From Bacteroidales bacterium (GTDB lineage: Bacteria; Bacteroidota; Bacteroidia; Bacteroidales; BM520), in NCBI GenBank assembly GCA_028701815.1, contig JAQVPY010000002.1:1-30338 (forward strand): DNA of 30,338 nucleotides, in the 5' to 3' direction. Position numbers and translations under genes: made by a program. Below are positions 9,601 to 16,481 of this stretch, piece by piece. Within the stretch, counting starts at the first letter, position 1; each line of letters opens with the position of its first letter. The notes under the pieces are model-generated. The model saw nothing but the letters and a program-made list of their open reading frames with translations. It made no database searches and had not been told where the DNA came from.

Positions 9601-10852
9601 ATTTATCCTCGGTAGCCAGGCCGATATCAGAGAAATAGCCGTAGCTAATAAATGGCTTACTACCGATACCCTTAGTAATAATCAATATGCCCAAACAGTT
9701 ACGCGTAATATTAATATGCGCGCTAATTATGAGCCGTTTAACGGTTTTAAATTTGAGATAACAGCATCCTATAGAAGTACCTATAACTATGCGGAACTCT
9801 TTAAAGCCGACGGCGAAGGTGTCTTCCATTCCTATTCCCCTAAAACTACAGGAAGCTATCAGGTGTCATATATAATGATTAAATCAGCCTTCTCTAAAAC
9901 CGTCAAAGGCGAAGGAGATTCCACCGTCTCCGAATTCTTCGAACTGATGAAGAAATATCGGACAGTTACCGCAGTACGACTCGCTAACGAAAATCCTAAT
10001 TGGAATGGTAACTATGCACAGGATACCGTTTCCGGTGATATCTTCCCCGTAGGCTACGGCCCCTCACAACAGGAGGTAGTTATGTCTGCCCTTATCGCCG
10101 CGTATGCCGGTATAGATGTCAATAAGGTCAACCTCTCCACGTTCCCTAAAATTCCGCTCCCTAACTGGAATGTCCAATATAACGGACTCGCTAAACTCCC
10201 GTTCCTGAAAAAGATATTTAAGAATATTACCCTTAAACATACTTATAGATGTACTTATAATATCGCAAGCTACGCAAATAATATCTATTATGAGTCTGTT
10301 GACGGATACTCTTCCGTATTCGATGACGCCGGAAACTTTATCCCCGCCCTCGAAATAGGTACCGTCCAGGTGTCGGAACAACTCTCGCCACTCATAGGCG
10401 TGGACGTTACCCTCCAAAACAGCCTCACCGCTAACGTGCAGATAAAACGTACCCGCACTATGAGCATGAGCTTCACTAATAACCAGCTTACAGATAATAA
10501 TACCCAGGAATATGTCTTTGGCGTCGGCTATAGATTCAAAAACGTTAAATTCTCCGTGAGAAGCCTCGGAACCGGTAAGAAAAAGGACGTCAACAGTGAC
10601 CTCAATATTAAACTCGACTTCTCTATCAGAAATAATATGACCGTTCTGAGAAGACTCGATGAGGAGGTTAACCAGATTTCGTCGGGACAAACAATGTATT
10701 CTATAAACGCTTCCGCAGATTATATGATCAGTAAAAATGTTACTGTCGCTCTGTATTACGACCAGACAATTAACGACCCGCACCTCTCAAGTTCTATCTA
10801 TAACTCTACCCTCAGCGCCGGACTCAGCCTTAGATTGACACTCGCCCAATAG
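3647..10852 (+). CDS. sprA: T9SS outer-membrane translocon SprA/Sov, 2401 aa, TTG start
   Basis: The size and motifs are typical of SprA: IRPQG.AEL, IEAGNV.MP.NSSLITG.Q.LFG.KT.LQFG, YDENRHFFL, WGGIMR, DFE..NIEYIEFW.MDPF, VW.NELRL, P.PNWN..Y.GL, and C-terminal beta strands. It has an N-terminal signal peptide and sits 21 nt after ruvA. Confidence 0.96.
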   Translation: MKRILLKYFAAFFLVAVAIMPKSIIAADNNSFLTAPQEPDSLLPFPFKDDNGLSPNRGRNPLYLNDPSNITTTIEYDPVTNSYVLKKKIGDIDYRDPYYFDFEDYREFDFQKGLNDYWRERSSVAGADERTGLIPTINIRSEAFDRIFGSNTIDIRPQGTAELRFGVLRTYREDQNLDVRQRKMTSFDFHLSLQMSVMAKIGEKIQFNLNYNNEALNLELDNDFKLAYEGDEDEILQLIEAGNVTMPINSSLITGSQTLFGIKTKLQFGRLTLTGIVAKQNSTASSITVEGGAQNTEFKIKSSEYDENRHFFLSQYFRDNYEASLASLPIITSNVNITKIEVWVTNVGSAVTDNRNIVAFSDLGEHDPYNDFLYPKDNYAYPDNGRNTLMDAMDTTQLRDINSVYSYLIGLPLDLSQGRDFEKVESARKLSSTEYTYNSRLGFISLSSALTAGQVLAVAFQYTVNDEVYQVGEFSDQGITTPKSIVVKLLRSTSIDTRHPMWNLMMKNVYALNAYQVERSDFILNILYSGNENGVASGYFNEGPEGIKGVSLLKLFRLDSLDSQQNPIEGGDGIFDFIDGAATSGGTIQSANGRVFFPVLEPFGSYLHEILPTSMAGKYAYDSLYTQTKTNAKQLTAKDKFLLSGYYASSSGAEINLNAYNVPEGSVVVTAGGATLVENVDYTVDYVFGRVTIINEGILNSGVSINVSTESTSLTSSMQTQALLGLRADYLFSEHLNLGATLMHLRETPLTTKVAYGDEPIANTIWGLDLQFQKELPFITKVIDALPVISTKAPSVVSAQAEFAQFVPGHPKSIGSSGNSYIDDFESAKQSINLSAVGNWFLSSTPSYFPEASSGDLSYGFRRAKLAWYIIDPLFYGSAIPSNITMAEISNHYVRPVRQTELFPQSEADNNVEVNLSVFNLAYYPDERGPYNYNVDDLKEDGTLEHPEDKWGGIMRKMESTDFEANNIEYIEFWLMDPFLDPDDDGNEVPMNTKGGKLIFHLGDISEDILKDGRKSYEQGLPVDANVKNVDTTIWGRVPTLQALIYSFDSDPAARPYQDIGYDGLCSTRENVNEEYSFFKTSYIDKIAAKFNGSTTSTAYLNAVNDPSADDYHYFRGSDYDADNAYSSILARYKQYNSPEGNSCAQENTPEAYDISATSIPNMEDINNDNTLNESEKFYEYVVNLNPNGMVEGENYITDVYTANNIALKNGTRSSVTWYQFKIPINQPDAVYGVISDFTSIRFMRVCLTEFEEPVVLRFGSFELVKGDWRRYEDDLLAPGEYIPTNSANQTAFDVFTVSLEENGSTSERVPYVIPPGITRERDYSTTNQAQQDEQSMAISVNDLVDGDARGAYKTCSFDFRNYKNLKMFVHAHADDEAGNNKYANTSGAVTVFIRFGSDLTENYYEYEVPVTLTPWGTTIANDEAIWMDDNEINIEFEKIIQAKKNRKEAMSNENSTVSTLYPYSEMDGKNKITILGTPNISDVNAILIGVRNPKQTSASVNDDGLPMSVEVWVNELRLSNFNESAGWAATATLSANLADLGNVSVSGDYSTPGFGGIATSVSQRSQETVSNFYTSVNIDAGKFLPEKTGIKIPVHFDYSEEVSTPEYDPLDPDVYLKEQLANLEGEEKQNYKNKTQDISRKTNVNFINVRKEKTAADTKKPHFWDIENIDLSYAFSKTEESDIDIEYYNKIIHTAGLGYSYNANPKNIKPFSKAKFLRSKYLSLIRDFNFYYEPKSMSFRTNMDKNYIEKLLRNKTDDDIILKPTVSKQWNWNRNYVFKYDFATSLKFDYAANVATYIDEPAGLVTDKETYKQEVWKSVKDFGRMNTFYQTAGLNWTVPINKIPLLEWINMTAKYDVSYRWAASSLAVRETLGNTVENTANTTVTTSLRLTNLYNKIPYIKNLTKSSGTKQKPKPKPRLNDTVQTAKPKVNYGKIIGDGALKIIFGLKDVSLSYQGSEGTLIPGFYPEPDNFGYNWKSKAPTWGFILGSQADIREIAVANKWLTTDTLSNNQYAQTVTRNINMRANYEPFNGFKFEITASYRSTYNYAELFKADGEGVFHSYSPKTTGSYQVSYIMIKSAFSKTVKGEGDSTVSEFFELMKKYRTVTAVRLANENPNWNGNYAQDTVSGDIFPVGYGPSQQEVVMSALIAAYAGIDVNKVNLSTFPKIPLPNWNVQYNGLAKLPFLKKIFKNITLKHTYRCTYNIASYANNIYYESVDGYSSVFDDAGNFIPALEIGTVQVSEQLSPLIGVDVTLQNSLTANVQIKRTRTMSMSFTNNQLTDNNTQEYVFGVGYRFKNVKFSVRSLGTGKKKDVNSDLNIKLDFSIRNNMTVLRRLDEEVNQISSGQTMYSINASADYMISKNVTVALYYDQTINDPHLSSSIYNSTLSAGLSLRLTLAQ

Positions 10853-10926
10853 AAGCGATAAAAAGCGATGGTATTATACACATTTGGTAAAAGCTAAGGT
10901 GATTTTCTCTTGCGGGTTAATCATTG

Positions 10927-10934
10927 CAAATGTA
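10927..10934 (-). promoter_or_regulatory. Orphan -7 element on the minus strand, facing the sprA 3' end
   Basis: The + strand CAAATGTA reads TACATTTG on the - strand. There is no minus-strand gene downstream of it. Confidence 0.3.
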
Positions 10935-11059
10935 ATTATCTTCTATTAATATAAATTTTATTATATATAGGCTTCATTGTATCAGTATTTTACGCATAAA
11001 GTGTGGACTTTCGTGGACAACAAATCATGAAAGAAAATCTTTTGATGTTATTAATGTAC

Positions 11060-11067
11060 TATCTTTG
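11060..11067 (+). promoter_or_regulatory. -7 element in the spacer, upstream of an ATGAAAAAA at 11092
   Basis: TATCTTTG(CA) followed by an AT-rich leader and an ATG 24 nt later. Confidence 0.5.
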
Positions 11068-11091
11068 CATAAAATTTTAAAGAAAAATATC

Positions 11092-11293
11092 ATGAAAAAA
11101 AGCAGTATCATACAGTTATAATATAGAAGCCTATTCCATTGAACATAAATTAGATTATTCTCCAGTTGTTTTACTTGGACAATCATACAATCTACATCTT
11201 GGCGGTTATAAGTGTACCGCAAGGTTTTCACATAAAAAAGGAAATCCTTATATACCATATAGTGAATGTCAATGTAATCAATCGTTATTTTAA
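11092..11293 (+). pseudogene. Candidate small gene (66 aa if one A is removed from the A7 run at 11095-11101)
   Basis: As written it encodes only MKKSSIIQL* (stop 11119-11121). The +1 frame is open from 11096 to the TAA at 11291-11293 and has no start codon of its own. No recognisable homology. Confidence 0.3.
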
Positions 11294-11345
11294 CAATAAA
11301 AAATTCTTTTTATATTTTTTAGCACTTAATCACAAATAATTACAG

Positions 11346-11353
11346 TATTTTTG
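11346..11353 (+). promoter_or_regulatory. -7 element for the OMP/DUF4249/TBDR cassette
   Basis: TATTTTTG(CA), 28 nt before the ATG at 11382. Confidence 0.55.
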
Positions 11354-11381
11354 CAAAACTATTAATAACCGTACATATTTT

Positions 11382-11995
11382 ATGAAAAATTTTCATGATA
11401 TAAAAATCCTTTTGAGGATTTTTATTCTGCTGATTTCCGGAATTGCGCTCGCAGGACAGTGTAAAGCTCAAAAAGCGGATGGACATCCTTTATTAAAGGT
11501 CGCTATAATATTAATTTGGGCTATGCGCATCCCACAAAAAATATGCCTGATAATATACATTATCTCAAACTCGAAGGTAATTACGGGTTTACAAAATGGC
11601 TCGAAGCCGGCGCTTTTGTTTATGGGGGCGGATATAAAACATCATACTCTATGTATGATGACAATGAAATGTTGTTGGTCGATACAGTTACTAACCACTA
11701 TTTTGCGTACGGACTGTCCTCAAATGTTCATATCCTGCCATTATTTCTGAACCCTTCATTTTGTATTGTCGATTTGTACATTACACCTAAAATAGGACTG
11801 TCTTCCAATACATACGGCAACTCTCCGTTAAAACCTGATTACTTTGCCAATACTACTAAGTTTTATTATTCTATCGGTGCCGGCATCGGTGTCAACATAA
11901 ATAAATATGTCGGAATATTTGTGGAATATTCGTATTTTAGGAAAAATGGCAATAATGTTAATAGATGGTTCGGAGGTGTCAATGTCAGATTCTAA
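11382..11995 (+). pseudogene. Small outer-membrane beta-barrel protein, split by a one-base frameshift (204 aa if repaired)
   Basis: Track ORFs 11382..11750 and 11516..11995 are two halves of one gene. The first carries the signal peptide (..LISGIALAGQCKAQ). The second frame is open from 11465 and gives amphipathic strands ending NRWFGGVNVRF* with a C-terminal Phe. One extra A in the A5 run at 11470-11474 joins them as ..KAQKSGWTSFIKGRYNINLGYAHP... Confidence 0.75.
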
Positions 11996-12914
11996 ATTTG
12001 TTTTTCTTGTCGCTTTGCTGTGTGCCGCCATTGCAGCAACATCGTGTTATAAAGAAGTGCAATCGGAATTTCCGGACATCGTCCCCGTGCCTACGGTAAA
12101 TGCCATCTTAGTAGACGGACAAATTATTACAGTCCATGTGTCGTTTGCCATGAAACCGGGCGGAGAAACTATTTTGCCTGTTTGCGATAATGTTCAAATA
12201 CTGCTGTACGAAAACGACATTCTTACAGATACTCTCATATATACTGCCGATACTTTGCTGATTAACTCCGGTGGCTACGCCTATTATTCGGACGTAGTCG
12301 CCAAAGCCGGGAATAATTATTCCTGTATTATTACTATCAAAGATTATGATACTATCTTTTGCAGTACTGAAATCCCGTATCCGACTATGATTACCGATGC
12401 CCGCGGATTTCATCATGCCGGCGTGGATCAAGAAGGTACTGTATATCCTGCCGTTGAATATTCTTTTGAAAATAACCCTCTTGAAAAACAATATTATTCC
12501 ATCGTGCCTAAAGGTGTCGCTGACGAAAAAATCGGAATTCTTGATATCGTGTATATCGACGACCCCGTGCTTTTAAATGAAGGACTGCCTATAGGAGTCT
12601 TTAGCAACAATATTATCGAAGGCAATAGCTATACTATGAAACTTAATGTGATAAGCGGGTCTTCAGAAAGCAGTAATGGCGTATGGTTTTATAGCATACC
12701 TCCGGTTGTCCTCGAACTGCGCTCAATCACAAAAGATTACTATGATTTTCTGCAAAGATATTATCTCTACGAACAGGCTGCCTTTAATTACGAAATATTT
12801 ATAGGTTCCATGCCGGCGCATAATATGTACTCAAATGTGGAAAACGCTTACGGACTTTTTACCGGTTACTCATATTCAATATCGGATACAATCACCATTT
12901 CTTATTTTAACTGA
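11982..12914 (+). CDS. Lipoprotein, DUF4249-like
   Basis: The ATG at 11982 gives MSDSKFVFLVALLCAAIAATSC, a lipoprotein signal with a lipobox Cys followed by acidic KEVQSE. Other matches are the P.V.A.L..G pattern, LRSITKDYYDF and the C-terminal YSNVENAYGLFTGY typical of DUF4249. The track start at 11907 lies inside the upstream gene. Confidence 0.75.
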   Translation: MSDSKFVFLVALLCAAIAATSCYKEVQSEFPDIVPVPTVNAILVDGQIITVHVSFAMKPGGETILPVCDNVQILLYENDILTDTLIYTADTLLINSGGYAYYSDVVAKAGNNYSCIITIKDYDTIFCSTEIPYPTMITDARGFHHAGVDQEGTVYPAVEYSFENNPLEKQYYSIVPKGVADEKIGILDIVYIDDPVLLNEGLPIGVFSNNIIEGNSYTMKLNVISGSSESSNGVWFYSIPPVVLELRSITKDYYDFLQRYYLYEQAAFNYEIFIGSMPAHNMYSNVENAYGLFTGYSYSISDTITISYFN

Positions 12915-15289
12915 TGCTTTTTATGATGGACTTTTTTAGAAGATTATTCTTATCATTATTATGCGGATTGATATTAATCGCCGGCATGGCTCAATCGAAA
13001 AATCCTGCTATTACTGTCTCCGGATTCGTTTATGACGCCCAAAGCGGAGAATCGCTGATAGGGACTACTGTTGTGACGGAAGATTCTGATGTTAAAGGAA
13101 CTGTTACCGATAATTCGGGCTTTTTCTCCCTGTCGGTGATTCTTCCTGCTACTCTTCGTGTCAGCTTTGTAGGTTATACCCCGACAGTCGTAAATGTCTC
13201 CGACAACAGCCATCCGATAAAAATAAATATAGAGCCGGCAGAAACCACACTTGAAGCAGTCGAAATTTCAGCGGAAAAGTTTGAAAGAGAGACCTTTAAT
13301 GTCAGTAAATTGAATATTAAACAAATAGAAAACATACCCATGCTTGGCGGTAAAACCGATATCATCAAGGCAGCACAATTATTTCCGGGCATTGAGGCAA
13401 CTAACGAAGGCTCAAGTTTATTAATTGTCAGAGGCGGCAGCCCCGGCGAGAATATGTATTTGTTCGACAGAGTGCCTGTAACTTATGTAAACCATATCGG
13501 CGGATTTATGTCGGTGTTTAATTCCGATATTATTAACGGGCTCAACATATATAAAGGCGGATTCCCTGCAAAATACGGCGGAAAGCTATCTTCTATTGTG
13601 GAGATAACCCAGAAAGAAGGTAACAAAAACGAATATAAGGGATCATTAAGTGTCGGGGTAACCGACCTTTCTTTTTCCGTAGAAGGTCCCGGCGGCTTAA
13701 AAAACTCGAGCTTTATTGTTACCGGAAGAAAAACCATGATTGACTTTCTGTTTCTCGGTGCAACTGCAATAGCCAAAAAACTTGAAGCGCAGGATTTCAG
13801 CCTTTTATACGGCTTTCATGACATCAATGCGAAGTATTCATGGCACCCCGACCCGAAAAACAGTTTTCATATCAATATTTATGAAGGAGACGACTATATG
13901 AAACACTGGGTGGATCAAAAATATAAAGAAGACAAACAAAAATCTTCTCTGACGAATATATGGGGAAACATTCTCGTCTCCGGATCATGGAACAGAGTCG
14001 TATCACCAAAGATTTTCTCTTCAAATACGATTTCATACAGCAGGTATCGTCTTAAAAAGACGCTGAGCTATAAATTTACCACCCCTTCCGACACCATGTC
14101 TTTTGAAAATCAGGGCAAGTCCATACTTACGGATGTCTCCCTGCGTTCCGACTGGAAATATTCCGTTTGTGACAAATGGAAGATGGAGTTTGGATTAAAT
14201 GCTTCTTATCTGCAGCATCAGCCCAATAATTATTTCAGCACCGTCACAGATATTTTTTATCAAGAAAAAGTAAATGCTTTTGAGACGAGTGTATATTTCG
14301 ACAACAATTTGAAATTATTTTCTTTCCTTGATGCCGACCTCGGTGTGCGACTTGTGGGATATTTTACAGACGGCTACTATCACTTGGCTGCCGAGCCGCG
14401 GGCGAACATCAATTTCAGATTAAATAAAGACCATACGCTGAATTTATCTCTGATGCGCGTAAATCAAAATTCGCATCTGTTGTTTACTACCGGGGCGATA
14501 ATGAACAATGAGGTATGGGTGCCGGCGGGAAAAGAAATCCCTGTTGCTGCTTCCGATCAGATTTCGGCAGGGTGGAAAGGCTATTTTGCAAAGGATATGT
14601 TTTCGGCTGAGGTCAACGTTTTTTACAAGAATCAGTATAACCTCACCACGTACAAAGACGGTTATAACAATTTAATCGGAGACGGCAACTGGCGCGAAAA
14701 ACTTGTTTCCGGCGGCAGAGGAAACTCCATGGGAGTAGAGTTGATGTTTTCAAAAAACCATGGCGATTTTACAGGAAGTATAGGATACACACTTTCGCGG
14801 ACCACTCGACAATTTGACGAATTAAACGAGGGAAAGGAGTATCTGTATGAATATGACCGTCCTCATTCGTTGACGCTTAATTTCAACTACCGGCTCAATT
14901 CAAAATGGAATTTCAACATTTTATGGGTATATCAGACGGGGGCGCCATATACGCCTATTATAGGTCAACAATATGCACCATTCGTATTGGCAGACGGGAC
15001 AATAATATACGATGAAGTGTATGTTTATGGCGATAGAAACAGTGCGAGGATGCGCGATTATCACCGCCTCGACCTTGGCGCAAGGTATTCTTATATAAAC
15101 AAAAAAGGCAGAAAAGCCGAATGGAATTTCTCAGTCTATAATGCGTATTTCAGAAAGAATGCCTATTATTATTTCTATTCCGACCGTCATGCTGAAGATT
15201 GGAACCCGTCCGGCTACAATCCCACAAAATTATACCTCCAATGGTTTTTCCCGATAATACCTACGGCATCATATAAAGTTTATTTTTAG
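12914..15289 (+). CDS. TonB-dependent receptor with N-terminal carboxypeptidase-regulatory-like domain
   Basis: Signal peptide, SGFVYDAQSGESLIGTTV, TVTDNSGFFSL and VSFVGY. Plug motifs LFPGI, LIVRGGSPGENMYLFD.VPV and IYKGGFPAKYGGKLSSIVEI. The barrel ends YDRPHSL..YHRLDLG..FSVYNAY..PIIPTASYKVYF*. TGATG overlap with the upstream gene. Confidence 0.92.
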   Translation: MLFMMDFFRRLFLSLLCGLILIAGMAQSKNPAITVSGFVYDAQSGESLIGTTVVTEDSDVKGTVTDNSGFFSLSVILPATLRVSFVGYTPTVVNVSDNSHPIKINIEPAETTLEAVEISAEKFERETFNVSKLNIKQIENIPMLGGKTDIIKAAQLFPGIEATNEGSSLLIVRGGSPGENMYLFDRVPVTYVNHIGGFMSVFNSDIINGLNIYKGGFPAKYGGKLSSIVEITQKEGNKNEYKGSLSVGVTDLSFSVEGPGGLKNSSFIVTGRKTMIDFLFLGATAIAKKLEAQDFSLLYGFHDINAKYSWHPDPKNSFHINIYEGDDYMKHWVDQKYKEDKQKSSLTNIWGNILVSGSWNRVVSPKIFSSNTISYSRYRLKKTLSYKFTTPSDTMSFENQGKSILTDVSLRSDWKYSVCDKWKMEFGLNASYLQHQPNNYFSTVTDIFYQEKVNAFETSVYFDNNLKLFSFLDADLGVRLVGYFTDGYYHLAAEPRANINFRLNKDHTLNLSLMRVNQNSHLLFTTGAIMNNEVWVPAGKEIPVAASDQISAGWKGYFAKDMFSAEVNVFYKNQYNLTTYKDGYNNLIGDGNWREKLVSGGRGNSMGVELMFSKNHGDFTGSIGYTLSRTTRQFDELNEGKEYLYEYDRPHSLTLNFNYRLNSKWNFNILWVYQTGAPYTPIIGQQYAPFVLADGTIIYDEVYVYGDRNSARMRDYHRLDLGARYSYINKKGRKAEWNFSVYNAYFRKNAYYYFYSDRHAEDWNPSGYNPTKLYLQWFFPIIPTASYKVYF

Positions 15290-15340
15290 CCGGCATACAA
15301 TAATTTGATGAAAAAATTCATTTTATAGAAAAATAAATAT

Positions 15341-15348
15341 TACATTTG
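15341..15348 (+). promoter_or_regulatory. -7 element for gcvH-tonB
   Basis: TACATTTG(CA), 24 nt before the ATG at 15373. Confidence 0.6.
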
Positions 15349-15372
15349 CAAAAAATTAATTTTAATAAAATC

Positions 15373-15753
15373 ATGAATATACCTGAAGATTTAAAATTTA
15401 CAAAAGACCATGAATGGTTAAAAGTTGAAGGCGAATTTGCTCTAGTGGGAATTACCGATTATGCTCAGAGTCAGCTCGGTGACGTCGCATTTGTAGAAGT
15501 CGAAACCGTCGGTGAAACGCTCGAAAAAGAAGAATCCCTCGGAACAATAGAAGCTGTTAAAACCGTTTCTGATGTTTTTATGCCTGTCAGCGGCGAGATT
15601 ATCGAATTCAACCAGCTTATTCAAGATGACCCTTCTCTCGTAAATAGTGATCCTTATGGAGATGGCTGGCTCGTGAAGATTAAAATGACCGAAGCAGATG
15701 AACTCGACGAATTACTCGATGCCGACGCTTACGAAAAAATGCTCGAAGAATAA
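15373..15753 (+). CDS. gcvH: Glycine cleavage system H protein
   Basis: Motifs [25 protein letters not shown], lipoyl-lysine context IEAVKTVSD, and [14 protein letters not shown]. Start moved to ATG 15373 because the track TTG at 15346 lies inside the -7 box. Confidence 0.96.
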   Translation: MNIPEDLKFTKDHEWLKVEGEFALVGITDYAQSQLGDVAFVEVETVGETLEKEESLGTIEAVKTVSDVFMPVSGEIIEFNQLIQDDPSLVNSDPYGDGWLVKIKMTEADELDELLDADAYEKMLEE

Positions 15754-15767
15754 AATTATTTTGCCTT

Positions 15768-16454
15768 ATGGATAAAAGAAAAACTAATAAATCGGACCTC
15801 GAAGGAAAACAGCTGATTTTTATCGAAATCGGTCTTGTTGTCGCCCTCGCAGTCACCCTCCTCGCTTTTGAATGGAAAAGATATGATATTCAAAAGGTTG
15901 AGATCGACCAGCGTGGTGATGTCGAGGTTATGGAAGAAGTCGTTCTCCAGACAGAACAAAAAGAAAAGACCCCTCCTCCAAAACAAATCGCTCCTACTAC
16001 GACTCTTCTTCATATAGTCGAAAATACTGTTAAGATAGAAAATGAAATCGTTATTGACGTTGAGTCTGATGAGAGCCAGGAACTCGAAGAGTACGTTCCT
16101 ATCGAAATTGAAGCTGAAGAAGTAAAGGAAGAGGAGATATTCTTGATTGTTGAAAAGAACCCCGAATTTCCCGGTGGTGAAAAAGGCAGGTTGACATATT
16201 TACGCGATAATATTAAATATCCTCAACTTGCAAAAGAAACAGGTATTCAGGGAACGGTGTGGGTCACCTTCGTCGTTGAGCCTGATGGCTCAGTCAGTAA
16301 TGTGGCTGTAAACCGTGGTATCGGTGGCGGATGCGATGAGGAATCTATCCGCGTTGTAAAAAATATGCCGAAATGGACACCTGGTGAACAGAGAGGCCGT
16401 AAGGTTAGAGTTAGATACAATATGCCTATTAAATTTACTCTCCAGGGAGCTTAA
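15768..16454 (+). CDS. tonB: Energy transducer TonB
   Basis: Single N-terminal TM helix (IEIGLVVALAVTLLAFEW) and a PPP linker. The TonB C-domain reads PEFPGG..I.YP..A.E.GIQG.V.VTFVVEPDG..S.RVVKNMPKWTPGEQRG..VRV....PIKF. Confidence 0.93.
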   Translation: MDKRKTNKSDLEGKQLIFIEIGLVVALAVTLLAFEWKRYDIQKVEIDQRGDVEVMEEVVLQTEQKEKTPPPKQIAPTTTLLHIVENTVKIENEIVIDVESDESQELEEYVPIEIEAEEVKEEEIFLIVEKNPEFPGGEKGRLTYLRDNIKYPQLAKETGIQGTVWVTFVVEPDGSVSNVAVNRGIGGGCDEESIRVVKNMPKWTPGEQRGRKVRVRYNMPIKFTLQGA

Positions 16455-16481
16455 TAGTTTTAAAGCAGACCTATTAATTAT

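Noticed and set aside
11025-11258. 77-aa minus-strand ORF in the spacer
   Set aside because: It has no recognisable motif, no minus-strand -7 box upstream, and it runs through the + strand -7 box at 11060. It remains a weak alternative to the candidate + strand small gene.
10853-11381. Possible cobalamin or other riboswitch, tRNA or ncRNA upstream of the TBDR cassette
   Set aside because: The region is very AT-rich. I found no cobalamin-riboswitch conserved boxes, no cloverleaf and no GC-rich stems. An Infernal/Rfam scan would be decisive.
11972-11976. GGAGG Shine-Dalgarno before the lipoprotein ATG
   Set aside because: It is explained by Gly-Gly codons of the upstream gene, and Bacteroidota rarely use SD pairing.
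15302-15326. Terminator after the TBDR gene (ATGAA-AAAA-TTCAT-TTT)
   Set aside because: The stem is 5 bp and almost all A-U, too weak to call.
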